From the NCBI GenBank assembly GCA_046594805.1, contig JBKJRG010000530.1, positions 1 through 36,372 of the forward strand: a DNA stretch of 36,372 bases. The letters are read 5' to 3'. The stretch's first letter is position 1. The number at the start of each line of letters is the position of its first letter. Below are positions 18,772 to 28,206 of this stretch, piece by piece. The notes beneath the pieces are model-generated. The model saw only the letters and a list, made by a program, of their open reading frames with translations. It ran no database searches and was not told where the DNA came from. Source of the stretch: Opitutaceae bacterium. GTDB taxonomy: Bacteria; Verrucomicrobiota; Verrucomicrobiia; Opitutales; Opitutaceae. Position numbers and translations under genes: made by a program.

Positions 18772-18803
18772 ATATGCGGGAACGCGTTGGAGGCCTTCGC
18801 CCC

Positions 18804-19649
18804 ATGAAATCACTGCTCGCCGGCTTCACGTTAGTCATCACCTGCGGCGCGGCGCTGGCACAGCCCGCGCCGCTCCAGCTGACTCGCGAGCGCAACCTCC
18901 TCACCATCACGGGCGGCACCCTGCCCGGCCCGATCACGATCAATTACATCGAGGCGTATGCGCGCGCCGGATCGACGCATCGCAACTGGCGCGTCGAAAC
19001 CGTCATCGCGCACAAATCAGAAGTCATTTCCACCCGCGGCGACAGTTCGGAGATCAAGATGCGTGACACGCTCGTCGACGGCGTCATCGTCGACCATACG
19101 ATCACCGCACGCGCGGACGAAGTGGATTTTCGTCTCGTCGCGCGCAATCCCACGGATCGCGAATCGGAAGCGCAGTGGGCCCAACCGTGCGTGCGGATCG
19201 ATCAATTCACCGGTTGCAGCAAAACCGACGCGCTGGCGCTCGTGCCGGCCTACGCGCGCCAGTGTTTCCTTTTCATCGGCGGCAAATTGACGATGCTGCC
19301 GACCGAGCCGTGGGCGACCGACGCCGTCTACAAACCGGGTCAGGTCTATTGCCCCGCGCAGGTGGACCGTAACGACGTGAATCCGCGCCCCCTCAGCTCG
19401 CTCGTGCCCTCGAGCGGCCTGTGCGGCGCGTTTTCCGCCGACGGCAAACAAATCTTCGCGACCGCGTGGGAGCCGTATCAGGAAATTTTCCAGGGCGTGA
19501 TCGCGTGCCTGCACAACGATTTTCGCATCGGCGGGCTCAAGGCCGGCGCGACGAAATCGATCCGCGGCAAAATCTACATCGTGCCCGCCGACCGCGCCGC
19601 GCTCGTCGCGCGCTTCAATCGCGATTTTCCCGAGCAGGCGACAAAGTGA
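18804..19649 (+). CDS. Hypothetical secreted protein
   Basis: MKSLLAGFTLVITCGAALA signal peptide; host-like codon usage; follows the oxidoreductase. Confidence 0.75.
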   Translation: MKSLLAGFTLVITCGAALAQPAPLQLTRERNLLTITGGTLPGPITINYIEAYARAGSTHRNWRVETVIAHKSEVISTRGDSSEIKMRDTLVDGVIVDHTITARADEVDFRLVARNPTDRESEAQWAQPCVRIDQFTGCSKTDALALVPAYARQCFLFIGGKLTMLPTEPWATDAVYKPGQVYCPAQVDRNDVNPRPLSSLVPSSGLCGAFSADGKQIFATAWEPYQEIFQGVIACLHNDFRIGGLKAGATKSIRGKIYIVPADRAALVARFNRDFPEQATK

Positions 19650-19683
19650 TCGGGATAGCCCCGCGCCTACGGGCTACGGCTGC

Positions 19684-19794
19684 GTTTGAGGAGTGTGCGC
19701 AGGATGGCGACGGCTTCGGAAGTTTCCCAGAGTCGCGGTTACCCGAAATTGGATGAGCAGGGTGACGGTGAAGCCTGAGGTGTTTGCTCGCCGC
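19684..19794 (+). repeat. ~110 bp direct repeat, copy 2
   Basis: Matches 11806-11915. Confidence 0.9.
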
Positions 19795-19799
19795 TTCGC

Positions 19800-21050
19800 T
19801 TATAAACTCTGTTCGGGCGTTTTTGCCACTTGGGCTGCCGGGTCCTCACTCACCACCACCGTCGGTGTGGCCTCGGCTGCGGGGGCGGGCGGGCCGACCT
19901 TCTTGTCGGTTTTGCCCTCGTCCACCTTTTTCTCTTCGCCGATGGCGGGCAGGGCATCGGGGGAGATCCACCCCTTTTCGGCGGCATGCTTCGCGCAGCC
20001 GAGTGTGTGGTCGGCCAGGATGAGGGTGGAATGGGCGGCAAGGATCTCCTCCGCGAGACCGCGGATGGCGGCGGAGCGCTCCGGCTGCGCGTGCACGTTC
20101 CTGATATAGACCGCGAGCACGCGGGAGGGATGGGCGGCCACCACCTGGTGGTAGATCTCGGGATCTTCCTGGGTCGAGTCGCCGATCAGGATAAAAGGCA
20201 GCGAGGGGTAGATGGCGAAGATCCGCGTGATGTGGGAAAGCTTGTGGGTGTGGTGCCCTTTCGAGGCGTGGGCGCCCGGCCGAAGATCCCAGTCGCGCAG
20301 CAACACCGGACCCGCGGGGATCGCCTGCAGGTCGAGAAAGTCCGCGATGACGTCGTAGAGATTCCAGGGACTGCTGGAGACATAAAAGATAGGGTTCGCC
20401 GCGCTGGCCCCCTCGCCTTGCGGGCCGTGGTGAAGTGCCCGGTAAAACGCCGCGACGCCCGGAAAAGGGAGCCGGGTGCGGGCGTTGCCGAACGCGATGT
20501 TGCGCGCAGCCTGCACCAGGTTGGCGACATTCGACTGGAGGACGGTGTCGTCGATATCGCTGATCACGCCGAACGTGGCGGACGCAGGCGGCACCAGAAT
20601 CTGCGCCGTCGTCGCGACAGGTTGCGCCGGGTCGCGCAGCGGCGACAGCAGCTCAAGGGTGGCCGGGTGCCATCCCACGTCCGAGGGCAGCGGGTCGGCG
20701 AGGTCCATCCACTCGGTGATAAAACCCTCCTCGTCGGCGAGGATCTCGCGTTGAGTGCCGCCGATGCTCACGCGCACGCGAGCTCCGGGGAGCGGATCGG
20801 TCTCAACCCGCTTCAAACTGCTGAGCAGGTTGCGCCACGCCGGATCTGCGCCAGTGGGAGACACAATCCCTTCGTCCTCCAGCGCGCGTCCCTGCACCAG
20901 CACCGTGTGGGCATTGCCATAGCCGCGGTAGGGCACGACGTGATGCGGGTCGTTGATCCGGAGAACGCGGCGCGCGGCCTGCGTCTTCTCCCCGAGCTCG
21001 CGGCCGAGTCGAGAAATCTTCCGTCGCAGACTGCGGATAGAGAAGGGCAT
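19800..21050 (-). CDS. App1/DUF2183 family phosphatidate phosphatase-like protein
   Basis: GVISDIDDTV, FYVSSSPWNLY, FILIGDSTQEDPEIY, AVYIR. Confidence 0.88.
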   Translation of the reverse strand: MPFSIRSLRRKISRLGRELGEKTQAARRVLRINDPHHVVPYRGYGNAHTVLVQGRALEDEGIVSPTGADPAWRNLLSSLKRVETDPLPGARVRVSIGGTQREILADEEGFITEWMDLADPLPSDVGWHPATLELLSPLRDPAQPVATTAQILVPPASATFGVISDIDDTVLQSNVANLVQAARNIAFGNARTRLPFPGVAAFYRALHHGPQGEGASAANPIFYVSSSPWNLYDVIADFLDLQAIPAGPVLLRDWDLRPGAHASKGHHTHKLSHITRIFAIYPSLPFILIGDSTQEDPEIYHQVVAAHPSRVLAVYIRNVHAQPERSAAIRGLAEEILAAHSTLILADHTLGCAKHAAEKGWISPDALPAIGEEKKVDEGKTDKKVGPPAPAAEATPTVVVSEDPAAQVAKTPEQSL

Positions 21051-21059
21051 TTGGGCTGG

Positions 21060-21837
21060 TCAGTGATTGCTTGGCGGTGGACGCGGAATCGGATTCCAAA
21101 CCGACAGCCAACCTCGGCTAGAAGTGCGCGCGTAGCGCGCAGTTTTGGCCGCCAGAGGCGGCTGAAAGTTTGGGGTTTGGAGTTTTGAGTTGGAGGAAAT
21201 CCAAGCCAGGAAACCGGAACCCTTCCAATCCTCGGACTTTGTCACGGAGGACACGGAGCGCAGCCCACGGAGAACACGCAGCAAAACAAGGCAGGCCTGC
21301 TCTACATCCAATCTTCAACCCAGAACCCAAGACTCAAAACCGGCGCGCGTTGCGCGCGCGATTGGCCCCGTGACCTCCGGATCCTCTCCGTGGTCTCCGT
21401 GACCCAGCTTGAGCTTGGAGTTTGAATTCAAAAGCCAGGCAGCCAGCCCTGCACTTTTAACCGCGGATTACCTAGCGGATGGCGCGGATGCCGGGCATGG
21501 AGGCGGATGGTCGAAGCGAGCTGCGGCGGGGTCGCCTGGTCGCTTCGATCGGGGGTGGCACGGTTCAAGCCGGGGATTGGGTGCCGATCCGGCCACTGCT
21601 GAATGCGTCAACGACGGCGCGCAGCACCCAGGTTGGCGAATTCATCCGGTTTGTTCTTATCCGCGACATCCGCGAAATCTCCGGTTCAAGCGGACTGGGA
21701 CGTTTATCTCTTCGGCCAAATTCCACTCGCTGACGCTCGTGGCTACGACGTCTACCCGAAGCGCGGAGTCCACGGGGGACAGGCTGATCCCGTGGGTTTT
21801 TCGTCGGTCCCAAAGCCGGCAGGGATGCCGGCGCTAC
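21060..21837. repeat. Large intergenic mosaic of REP-like palindromes and heptamer repeats
   Basis: TTTGG(G/A)G heptamers; CACGGAG/CTCCGTG units; AACCGCGGAT...ATCCGCG inverted family (21459-21686); reverse GTAG hairpins ending at 21746 and 21837. Confidence 0.75.
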
Positions 21838-22247
21838 TTTTTCGCTGCGGGTTTCTCGTCGGCTTTCCGTGTCGGCAGGCCGGCGGCGGTCCAGTCCTTC
21901 ATGCCGCCGGCGTTCGCGGTCTTCACACCTTTTTCCGCGAGCGCCGCGGCGATCGTGCCCGCCCGGCCGCCCGACCGGCAGTAGAGGATGACCTGCTTGT
22001 CGCTATTCTTCGCCAGGAATTCCTTCCACTGTTTCTGGTCGCCGTCGAAATCGCTCTTGGGCAGCAGCACCGCGGGCGCCGCGACGCCGGTGTCCTTCCA
22101 TTCGGCCGGTTCGCGGCAATCCACCAGCACGGCCTTGCCGGAGGCAACGAGCTTCGCGGCTTCGGCCGCGGCAATCTTCGGAGCTTGGGCCGCGAAGGCG
22201 GCCGCCGACGACGCGAGAAGGACGAGAAGGGGGCGCAGGAGTTTCAT
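21834..22247 (-). CDS. Rhodanese-like domain protein (exported)
   Basis: Signal peptide; LVDCREPAEW, ILYCRSGGRA, GGMKDW. Confidence 0.9.
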   Translation of the reverse strand: MKLLRPLLVLLASSAAAFAAQAPKIAAAEAAKLVASGKAVLVDCREPAEWKDTGVAAPAVLLPKSDFDGDQKQWKEFLAKNSDKQVILYCRSGGRAGTIAAALAEKGVKTANAGGMKDWTAAGLPTRKADEKPAAKK

Positions 22248-22336
22248 GAGTTCAACCATAGCACGGAAACGGATTCAGTAAACTGTCTCTTTGCTCTCGG
22301 TGCCGCGGTGCGAGTCTCATCCGTTCTCTGCTTTGG

Positions 22337-22435
22337 GTGGGGCTCGCTCTCCGAGCGGGCCTGGGTTCCAGGCAGAATCGCGCTTGCAGCGACATCTTCG
22401 CTGGAACCCAGGCCGGTTCGGAGAACCAGCCCCAC
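22337..22435. repeat. REPIN-like inverted doublet (GTGG...CCAC)
   Basis: Two hairpins plus inner IR CCTGGGTTCCAG/CTGGAACCCAGG; half copy at 24418-24453. Confidence 0.75.
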
Positions 22436-22452
22436 CTGCCAGACAGTACTCG

Positions 22453-23067
22453 CTAGCGCGCCAGATCGTAGAGCGCGTAGCCCGCGAAAAGGTTCGGGAA
22501 GGCCCGGCAGGGCGTGTGCCAGTTGCCGGAGAGATGGGCGCGGCGCGCAATCCGGATGCCTTGGATCGCGCAGAAGTGCTCGAAGTCGGCGATCGTGACC
22601 GGATTGGCCGGCCGGCTTTCGAACCACTCGGTCTTGTAGACCTCGTTCCGGATTTTCCGGCCGCGCAGCAGCAGGTTGAACCGGTTTTTCCAGAACGCGT
22701 GATTGACGAAGCCGACCGTCAGCGTCCGCCCGGCCCGCAGCGCTTCCATGATCACCGTGGTGGGATTGCCGAGCTCCTGGACGGTGCGCGAACAGATCAC
22801 CCGATCGAAATGCTTGTCCGGGAACGCGCGCATGAACGCGGTCATGTCGCCTTGATACGCCGCCAGCCCGCGCCGGACGCATGCGGTGATCTTCGCGAAT
22901 TCGAGATCCACGCCGACGCCCGAGACCCGCTTCGTCTGCACGAGGTAGTCGAGCAGCGCACCGGCGCCGCAGCCCAAGTCGAGCACGCGCGTGTTCGGCT
23001 CGACCCAGTCCCCGATGATCTGCATGTCGACCGTGCGCTTCTCGATTTGTTTGGGACGGGTCGTCAT
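22453..23067 (-). CDS. metW: Methionine biosynthesis protein MetW
   Basis: RVLDLGCGAG, FDRVICSRTVQ, TIADFEHFC; directly downstream of metX. Confidence 0.88.
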   Translation of the reverse strand: MTTRPKQIEKRTVDMQIIGDWVEPNTRVLDLGCGAGALLDYLVQTKRVSGVGVDLEFAKITACVRRGLAAYQGDMTAFMRAFPDKHFDRVICSRTVQELGNPTTVIMEALRAGRTLTVGFVNHAFWKNRFNLLLRGRKIRNEVYKTEWFESRPANPVTIADFEHFCAIQGIRIARRAHLSGNWHTPCRAFPNLFAGYALYDLAR

Positions 23068-24263
23068 CAGATCGAGTAGTCGAAGACGTAGGCTGCGTCC
23101 CGCTCGAGGAAACCCCGGACGAGCCCGTAGAGCTCTTCGGATTCGAGGAGAAACGAATCGTGGCCCAAATCGGTGGAGAGCTCGGCGTAGCTCGCCCGCT
23201 TGCCGGCGCGGAGGAGCGCGAGCGTCAGCGAACGGTTTTGCTCCGGCGGGAAGAGCCAGTCGCTGGTGAAACCGACCACGAGCGTTTCACCTTCGACGGG
23301 CGCGAAGGCCGCCTCCAGCGAACCATAAGCATGGGCGAGATCGAACTGGTCCAGCGCCCGCGTGATGTAGAGATACGAGTTAGCGTCGAATCGATTGATG
23401 AAGCTTTGCGCCTGGTAACGCAGATAGCCCTCCACCTCGAACTGCTGGTCAAACGTGTAGGCCTCGCCGTGCGCCGTCTCTTTTTTCCGCCGGCCGAACT
23501 TCCGGTCCATGCTCGCATCGGAAACATACGTGATGTGCGCCATCATCCGCGCGATCGCGAGCCCGACCCGCGGGCCGCCGTCTTTCGCGTAATCGCCGCG
23601 GTTCCAGGCCGGATCCTGCATGATGGCCTGCCGGCCGACTTCGTTGAAAGCGATGGCTTGGGCGCTCTCGCGCGCGGTGGTCGCCATTGCGAGGATGCGA
23701 CGCGTGTAGGCGGGGTATTCGATCCCAAAGAGCAGTGCCTGCATCCCGCCCATCGAACCGCCGATGATGCCCTGCAGCGCGACGATGCCGAGATGATCGA
23801 GGAGGAGTTTCTGCGCCCGCACCATGTCGCGGATGGTGACAAACGGAAAGAGGATGCCGTAGGCCCGGCCAGTTTCGGGGTTGATCGAGGAGGGGCCGGT
23901 CGAGCCCTGGCAGCCACCGAGGACATTGGCGCAGACGACGAAGAAGCGCCGGGTGTCGACGGCCTTGCCCGGCCCGATCAGGTTGTTCCACCAGCCGGGC
24001 TTGCGATCCTCGGTCGAGTGCCAGCCGGCGCAATGGTGGTCACCGCTCAGCGCGTGGCAGATCAGAATCGCGTTGTCGCGGGCCGCGTTGAGCTGACCGT
24101 AGGTTTCGTAGCGCAGTGTGAAGCCCGGGATGACCTGGCCGCTTTTGAAAGTGAAAGGCGCGGCATGGACGAAATCGCGCGCCGTGACCAAGCCGACGTC
24201 GCCCGGCGCGAGATAGCGCGCGGCAGGCGATTCGGCGGTCGCGAGTTCGAGGTCATCGGTCAT
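23067..24263 (-). CDS. metX: Homoserine O-acetyltransferase
   Basis: ILICHALSGDHH, GGSMGGMQ, RFDANSYLY, SDWLFPP, GHDSFL; start 24263 or 24281. Confidence 0.93.
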   Translation of the reverse strand: MTDDLELATAESPAARYLAPGDVGLVTARDFVHAAPFTFKSGQVIPGFTLRYETYGQLNAARDNAILICHALSGDHHCAGWHSTEDRKPGWWNNLIGPGKAVDTRRFFVVCANVLGGCQGSTGPSSINPETGRAYGILFPFVTIRDMVRAQKLLLDHLGIVALQGIIGGSMGGMQALLFGIEYPAYTRRILAMATTARESAQAIAFNEVGRQAIMQDPAWNRGDYAKDGGPRVGLAIARMMAHITYVSDASMDRKFGRRKKETAHGEAYTFDQQFEVEGYLRYQAQSFINRFDANSYLYITRALDQFDLAHAYGSLEAAFAPVEGETLVVGFTSDWLFPPEQNRSLTLALLRAGKRASYAELSTDLGHDSFLLESEELYGLVRGFLERDAAYVFDYSI

Positions 24264-24454
24264 GCTGAGGGGATCAGCCAACCACCCTGGCGCAGGCGAG
24301 GCAAGGGGTGGGCGGGGTTATGACGCGAGGGGGAAAGCTTCGCTTTCGGTTTGGAGTTTGGGGTTTGGAGTTTTGGGTTGGTGTGCACGCGGACGAGGGC
24401 GCCGGGTGCATTGCGACCTGAAACCCAGGCCGGCTCGGAGAGCCGGGCCCCACC

Positions 24455-26299
24455 TTACTTCAGTTTCTTGTCGCGAGGCGTTACGTTCTTGAGCGGTTTG
24501 CCGCGCGGGCTCGTGGTGACGGCGATGGGCTCGTCGTCCTTCATCCGGTTAATCACGATTTGCTGAAGGATGGTGAAGAGTCCGTTGATCGTCGAATACA
24601 GCGAGAGGGCGCAGGAGAACCCGTAGCAGAAGATGGTGAAGATGACGGGCATGAACCGCATCATTTTCATCTGCATGTTATCCACCGACGGGGTGGGCGT
24701 CAGTTTCATCTGGTAGTACATCGTGGCGCCCATGAGCAGCGGCATGATGTTGATTGGAATCCCGAAAACATAACCGACGGTGTCGGAGGCCGCGAGATCC
24801 TTGGCCCAGAGGAACGGCTGGAAGCGCAGCTCGGCCGTGCCCTGGAGCATGGCGAAGAAACCGATAAAGAGTGGGAACGTGATCAGGATCGGGATGCAGC
24901 CACCGACGGGATTCACCTTGTGCGACTTGAACATTTCCATCGTCGCCGCCTGCTGTTTCTGCGGGTTGTCCTTATACTTCTCGCGGATTTCCTGCATCAG
25001 CGGCTGGAGTTTGGCCATGCGCTTGGCGGACTTCGAAGCCGCGAGCGTGAAGGGCAGGCTGACGATCTTCAGGATCAGGGTCATCAGGATCACCGCCACG
25101 CCCCAGTTGCCGACCCAGTTGTGCATCGCGTTGAGGAGGATGTTGAGGAACGGCGCGACGTAGCCGCTGAGGAAGATCCGGTTGAAAAAGAACTGGGTGT
25201 ACGGGAGGACTTTCCCCTCGTTGTGCTCAAACTTCGCGAGCCGGCGGTACTCCTGTGGGCCGACGTAAAGCACGCCAGCGAGCCTGGTGCTGGCGTTTGC
25301 AGCGAGCGGGGGCAGCTCGAACCGCGCGGAACCGCCGATCCCGACATTCGGGTTGGTTGTGTCCGGAAACGCGGGCAGCTCGATGCGGCGGACCACCACC
25401 ACGCCGGCACCGGTTTTTTCCGGCGTGTAGATGCTGGCAAAGAACTGATTCTTGACCGCGTACCACGTGATCTGGCCCGGCCGTTCGAGCGAGGTTTTGG
25501 GTGGGTTGCCCGAACCGAAAAGCGAACCGATTCCGCCGCCTTCCAATTCGCTGCGCTCGAGATAATGGGGATCGCCGTCGTAGGCCACGACGTTGAGGTG
25601 CTGACCGGTGTCACTGGAATTCATCAACGCCGCCGTGCCCACGCTCAGTCCCGCCCGCGGCAGCACTTCCAGCCCGGTGGTCAGATTGCGGAACGTGGTT
25701 TCATGGTGCAGCCGATAGGGGTCCGCGCCGGGTTCACCGTCCTTGAAAAGCCGGTACTGGCGCGTCACTTCGATGCGGCCGTTGAGGACGGCTCGGTAAA
25801 CGACGTCGGTCGCGGAGGAACTCACCAGTTCGAAGGCCGTGTCGCGGCCGAGGCCGGGATAATCGGTGAGGGCGAGGATCGGATCTTCGTGGAGCAGGTT
25901 GAATACATACGGCTCCGGCTTGCCCTGGACGGCGGCGTGTTTTTTCAACGCGACGTCCCGGAGAGCCCCGCCGAAATTGGTGAACCGCGCCTCAATGAAT
26001 TCGTTTTGGAGCGTGGTGATGGTGGCGCCCGCCGCGGGCCGGTGGACGGCGGCGAAAATGCCGGTCGACGCGGCGGGTGCTGCGGGAGCGGTGGCGGTGG
26101 TGGTGGACGCGCCGGCGATCGGTACTCCCGCTGGAGTGGTCGGCGCCCCGGCGGCGGCGGCCGCGGGGGCTTGCGACGCGGTGGTGGCCGACTGCGCATT
26201 CGCGGGTTGGGTCGGTCGCGGAGTCTTCGGCGCGAAGATGATCATCGCAAACGCGGCGATCAGCAGCACGACGCCGATGGATAAGTTCTTTTTGTCCAT
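24455..26299 (-). CDS. yidC: Membrane protein insertase YidC
   Basis: NWGVAVILMT, VNPVGGCIP, ELRFQPFLWAKDL; operon context; ATG at 26299. Confidence 0.95.
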   Translation of the reverse strand: MDKKNLSIGVVLLIAAFAMIIFAPKTPRPTQPANAQSATTASQAPAAAAAGAPTTPAGVPIAGASTTTATAPAAPAASTGIFAAVHRPAAGATITTLQNEFIEARFTNFGGALRDVALKKHAAVQGKPEPYVFNLLHEDPILALTDYPGLGRDTAFELVSSSATDVVYRAVLNGRIEVTRQYRLFKDGEPGADPYRLHHETTFRNLTTGLEVLPRAGLSVGTAALMNSSDTGQHLNVVAYDGDPHYLERSELEGGGIGSLFGSGNPPKTSLERPGQITWYAVKNQFFASIYTPEKTGAGVVVVRRIELPAFPDTTNPNVGIGGSARFELPPLAANASTRLAGVLYVGPQEYRRLAKFEHNEGKVLPYTQFFFNRIFLSGYVAPFLNILLNAMHNWVGNWGVAVILMTLILKIVSLPFTLAASKSAKRMAKLQPLMQEIREKYKDNPQKQQAATMEMFKSHKVNPVGGCIPILITFPLFIGFFAMLQGTAELRFQPFLWAKDLAASDTVGYVFGIPINIMPLLMGATMYYQMKLTPTPSVDNMQMKMMRFMPVIFTIFCYGFSCALSLYSTINGLFTILQQIVINRMKDDEPIAVTTSPRGKPLKNVTPRDKKLK

Positions 26300-26354
26300 T
26301 AAAGAGAGAGGGGAGAAGGGAGCCGTGTTTGGCCCAGTGACAAGTTTGCGTCGA

Positions 26355-26672
26355 TCAAGCGGCCCGGACGCAGGCGGGCCGGCGCCGTGGAATGGGATCG
26401 AAACCGCCCGGATGGAGCGGCGTGCATTTCGCGAGACGACGCAAGGCGAGCAGGGTGCCCCGCAGCGCCCCATGCTCGCGAATGGCCCCGGCCGCGTAAT
26501 GCGAACAGGTCGGTGCAAACCGGCAGGCACACGATCCGGCCGTGAGGATCGGAAGGGCGGGGGAAAGAATGCGCTGGTAAACGAAAATCGCGCCCAACAA
26601 GGCGCGGGACGGCAGTTGCCAGAAAAGTGGCGTGCGCTCCCTGGCCAGGGCGATGAGGGCAGCGGCGGTCAT
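26355..26672 (-). CDS. yidD: Membrane protein insertion efficiency factor
   Basis: [30 protein letters not shown]. Confidence 0.93.
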   Translation of the reverse strand: MTAAALIALARERTPLFWQLPSRALLGAIFVYQRILSPALPILTAGSCACRFAPTCSHYAAGAIREHGALRGTLLALRRLAKCTPLHPGGFDPIPRRRPACVRAA

Positions 26673-27064
26673 TGACGATCGGGCGCGGCGGACGGCGGAA
26701 TTTTCCGGCAAGCAGCAGTGAATTTATTCTCCAGCTCTGTCATCGGCCATAAAGTGGCCGCGGCCCGGGCCACCAGCAGCAAGTCGCAATGAGCCGGCAC
26801 GGCCGCTTGGTGCTCGCGAAAGACGGCGCGGAGCCGGCGCTTGGCCCGGTTGCGCAACACCGCGCCTCCCACCGCTGCGGTTGACGCGATCACGCATACC
26901 CGAGGCTGCATGGGCCTATGACCCGGCGGGGTGGCAGGATCCGTGGGCTCGGCGCGCTCCTTCCACCAAAGCGTAAAGGCCTGGCAATCCAGCCGGCGGC
27001 CCTGTTCGCGGACTCCGCGGATATCGCTCTGGCGGCGCAGGTGCTGCTCAGGGCGAAAGCGCAT
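26669..27064 (-). CDS. rnpA: Ribonuclease P protein component
   Basis: [19 protein letters not shown] (RNR motif); position between rpmH and yidD. Confidence 0.93.
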   Translation of the reverse strand: MRFRPEQHLRRQSDIRGVREQGRRLDCQAFTLWWKERAEPTDPATPPGHRPMQPRVCVIASTAAVGGAVLRNRAKRRLRAVFREHQAAVPAHCDLLLVARAAATLWPMTELENKFTAACRKIPPSAAPDRQ

Positions 27065-27067
27065 GAC

Positions 27068-27149
27068 AAAAAAGCTGGGAGAACCGAAAGACTGAAGGCT
27101 GTAACGAGTTCCGACGGCCGGAAGGAATTCAGCCTTTCAGTTTTTCGGT
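27068..27149 (-). terminator. Long hairpin plus U-tract between rpmH and rnpA
   Basis: ACCGAAAGACTGAAGGCTG (27083-27101)/CAGCCTTTCAGTTTTTCGGT (27130-27149); A6 at 27068-27073 gives a U-tract on the minus strand. Confidence 0.4.
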
Positions 27150-27166
27150 CGCTCAACCTTTTTAAA

Positions 27167-27304
27167 TCAGACGACTGTCAGCCGCTTGCGGCCCTTGCGG
27201 CGACGCGACTTGATGACTTTGCGGCCGCCCCTGGTGGCCATCCGGGCGCGGTAACCAATCTTGCGGGCGCGCTTTTTGCGGTGCGGGCGGAATGTGGGTT
27301 TCAT
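27167..27304 (-). CDS. rpmH: 50S ribosomal protein L34 (missing from ORF track)
   Basis: Manual translation [45 protein letters not shown]. Confidence 0.96.
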   Translation of the reverse strand: MKPTFRPHRKKRARKIGYRARMATRGGRKVIKSRRRKGRKRLTVV

Positions 27305-27328
27305 GAGCTTTAGAGAAAAAGAGGGTCA

Positions 27329-27357
27329 GTGGTGCCGGGCGGCGCGGGGGGTGTCAA
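27329..27357 (-). promoter_or_regulatory. Possible sigma70 promoter of rpmH operon
   Basis: Perfect TTGACA at 27357-27352; -10 region is a poor match. Confidence 0.4.
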
Positions 27358-27371
27358 GGCGCGGTTTACCT

Positions 27372-27725
27372 CTGGACGACCCCGCGTCATGGTCTTTCGT
27401 TTTGGCTGTTCAAACGCCTTTACGTAGGTCAGCGCGCTTGCGCGCGCCAAACCGCGCTCGCAAGCGAGCTGGCCTACATTTACGCGGCCAAAACGAAAGA
27501 CCGTGGACCCCGCGTTCAGGCGTGCCCGCGGGTACTGGGTTCAATCCGAAACGCTCACGCGTTCCGCTACTAGGCCACCGCACCACGGTATAGCGGAAGG
27601 CGTGAGCTTTTCGTGCTTGGAAGCGTCGGGCTGGGAGGGCGTATCTTCCCCGACGGAAATCGCTGTATCTCGTGGGCGGGTTGGGTTTCGCTGGCACATG
27701 CTCGATGCGCGGAGACGTCGTCCAG
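27372..27725 (+). ncRNA. Candidate large structured RNA of unknown family
   Basis: Closing helix 27372-27380/27717-27725 enclosing five helices; several non-Watson-Crick positions are G-U only on the + strand. Confidence 0.5.
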
Positions 27726-27762
27726 TGGCGGACAATTTTTGCCGGGCCCAGCCGGCCTGATC

Positions 27763-28200
27763 ATGCGCATCGCCGTCATCGCCGACACGCACAACCGTTA
27801 CCCGCCGTCGCTGCTCAAGCGGCTGGAGGAGGCGGATGAAATCTGGCACCTGGGGGATGTGTGCGCGCCGGAAACCCTGCTGGCGTTCGAACAGGTGGGC
27901 CCGCCGGTGCGCGTGGTGATGGGCAACTGCGATGCACATCCCTGGCCCCTGACCTTGGATCTCAAGCGGGAGGGTTACTCCTTTCATCTCGTCCATATTC
28001 CGCCGGCGCGGGCGCCCGCGGGAGCGCACGTCGTGTTGCACGGGCACACGCATGTGCCGCGGGACGAAACCGACGCGGGCGGCGTGCGCTGGCTCAATCC
28101 GGGGTGCATTACGCGCCCGAACCGGGGAGTCGGGCCGAGTTTCGCCTGGCTGACGGTTGAGCGGCAGAAACCCCTGCGCTGGGAGCGCGTGCCGGTCTAA
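27763..28200 (+). CDS. YfcE-like metallophosphoesterase
   Basis: IADTH, HLGD, GNCD, HGHTH, LNPG. Confidence 0.9.
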   Translation: MRIAVIADTHNRYPPSLLKRLEEADEIWHLGDVCAPETLLAFEQVGPPVRVVMGNCDAHPWPLTLDLKREGYSFHLVHIPPARAPAGAHVVLHGHTHVPRDETDAGGVRWLNPGCITRPNRGVGPSFAWLTVERQKPLRWERVPV

Positions 28201-28206
28201 TCCACG

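Noticed and set aside
24282-24454. SAM riboswitch upstream of metX
   Set aside because: Region is heptamer repeats plus a REP half; no SAM-I/II consensus seen
27112-27135. SRP RNA-like CCGGAAGGAA
   Set aside because: Lacks the TCAGG and GCAGC flanks of SRP helix 8; lies in the loop of the rpmH-rnpA hairpin
27346-27725. tmRNA or RNase P RNA identity for the structured element
   Set aside because: Size fits, but there is no tRNA-like 3' end (T arm plus CCA) and no GAGGAAAGTCC motif on either strand
27305-27760. oriC/dnaA region expected beside rpmH
   Set aside because: No dnaA gene, no TTATCCACA boxes and no AT-rich unwinding element
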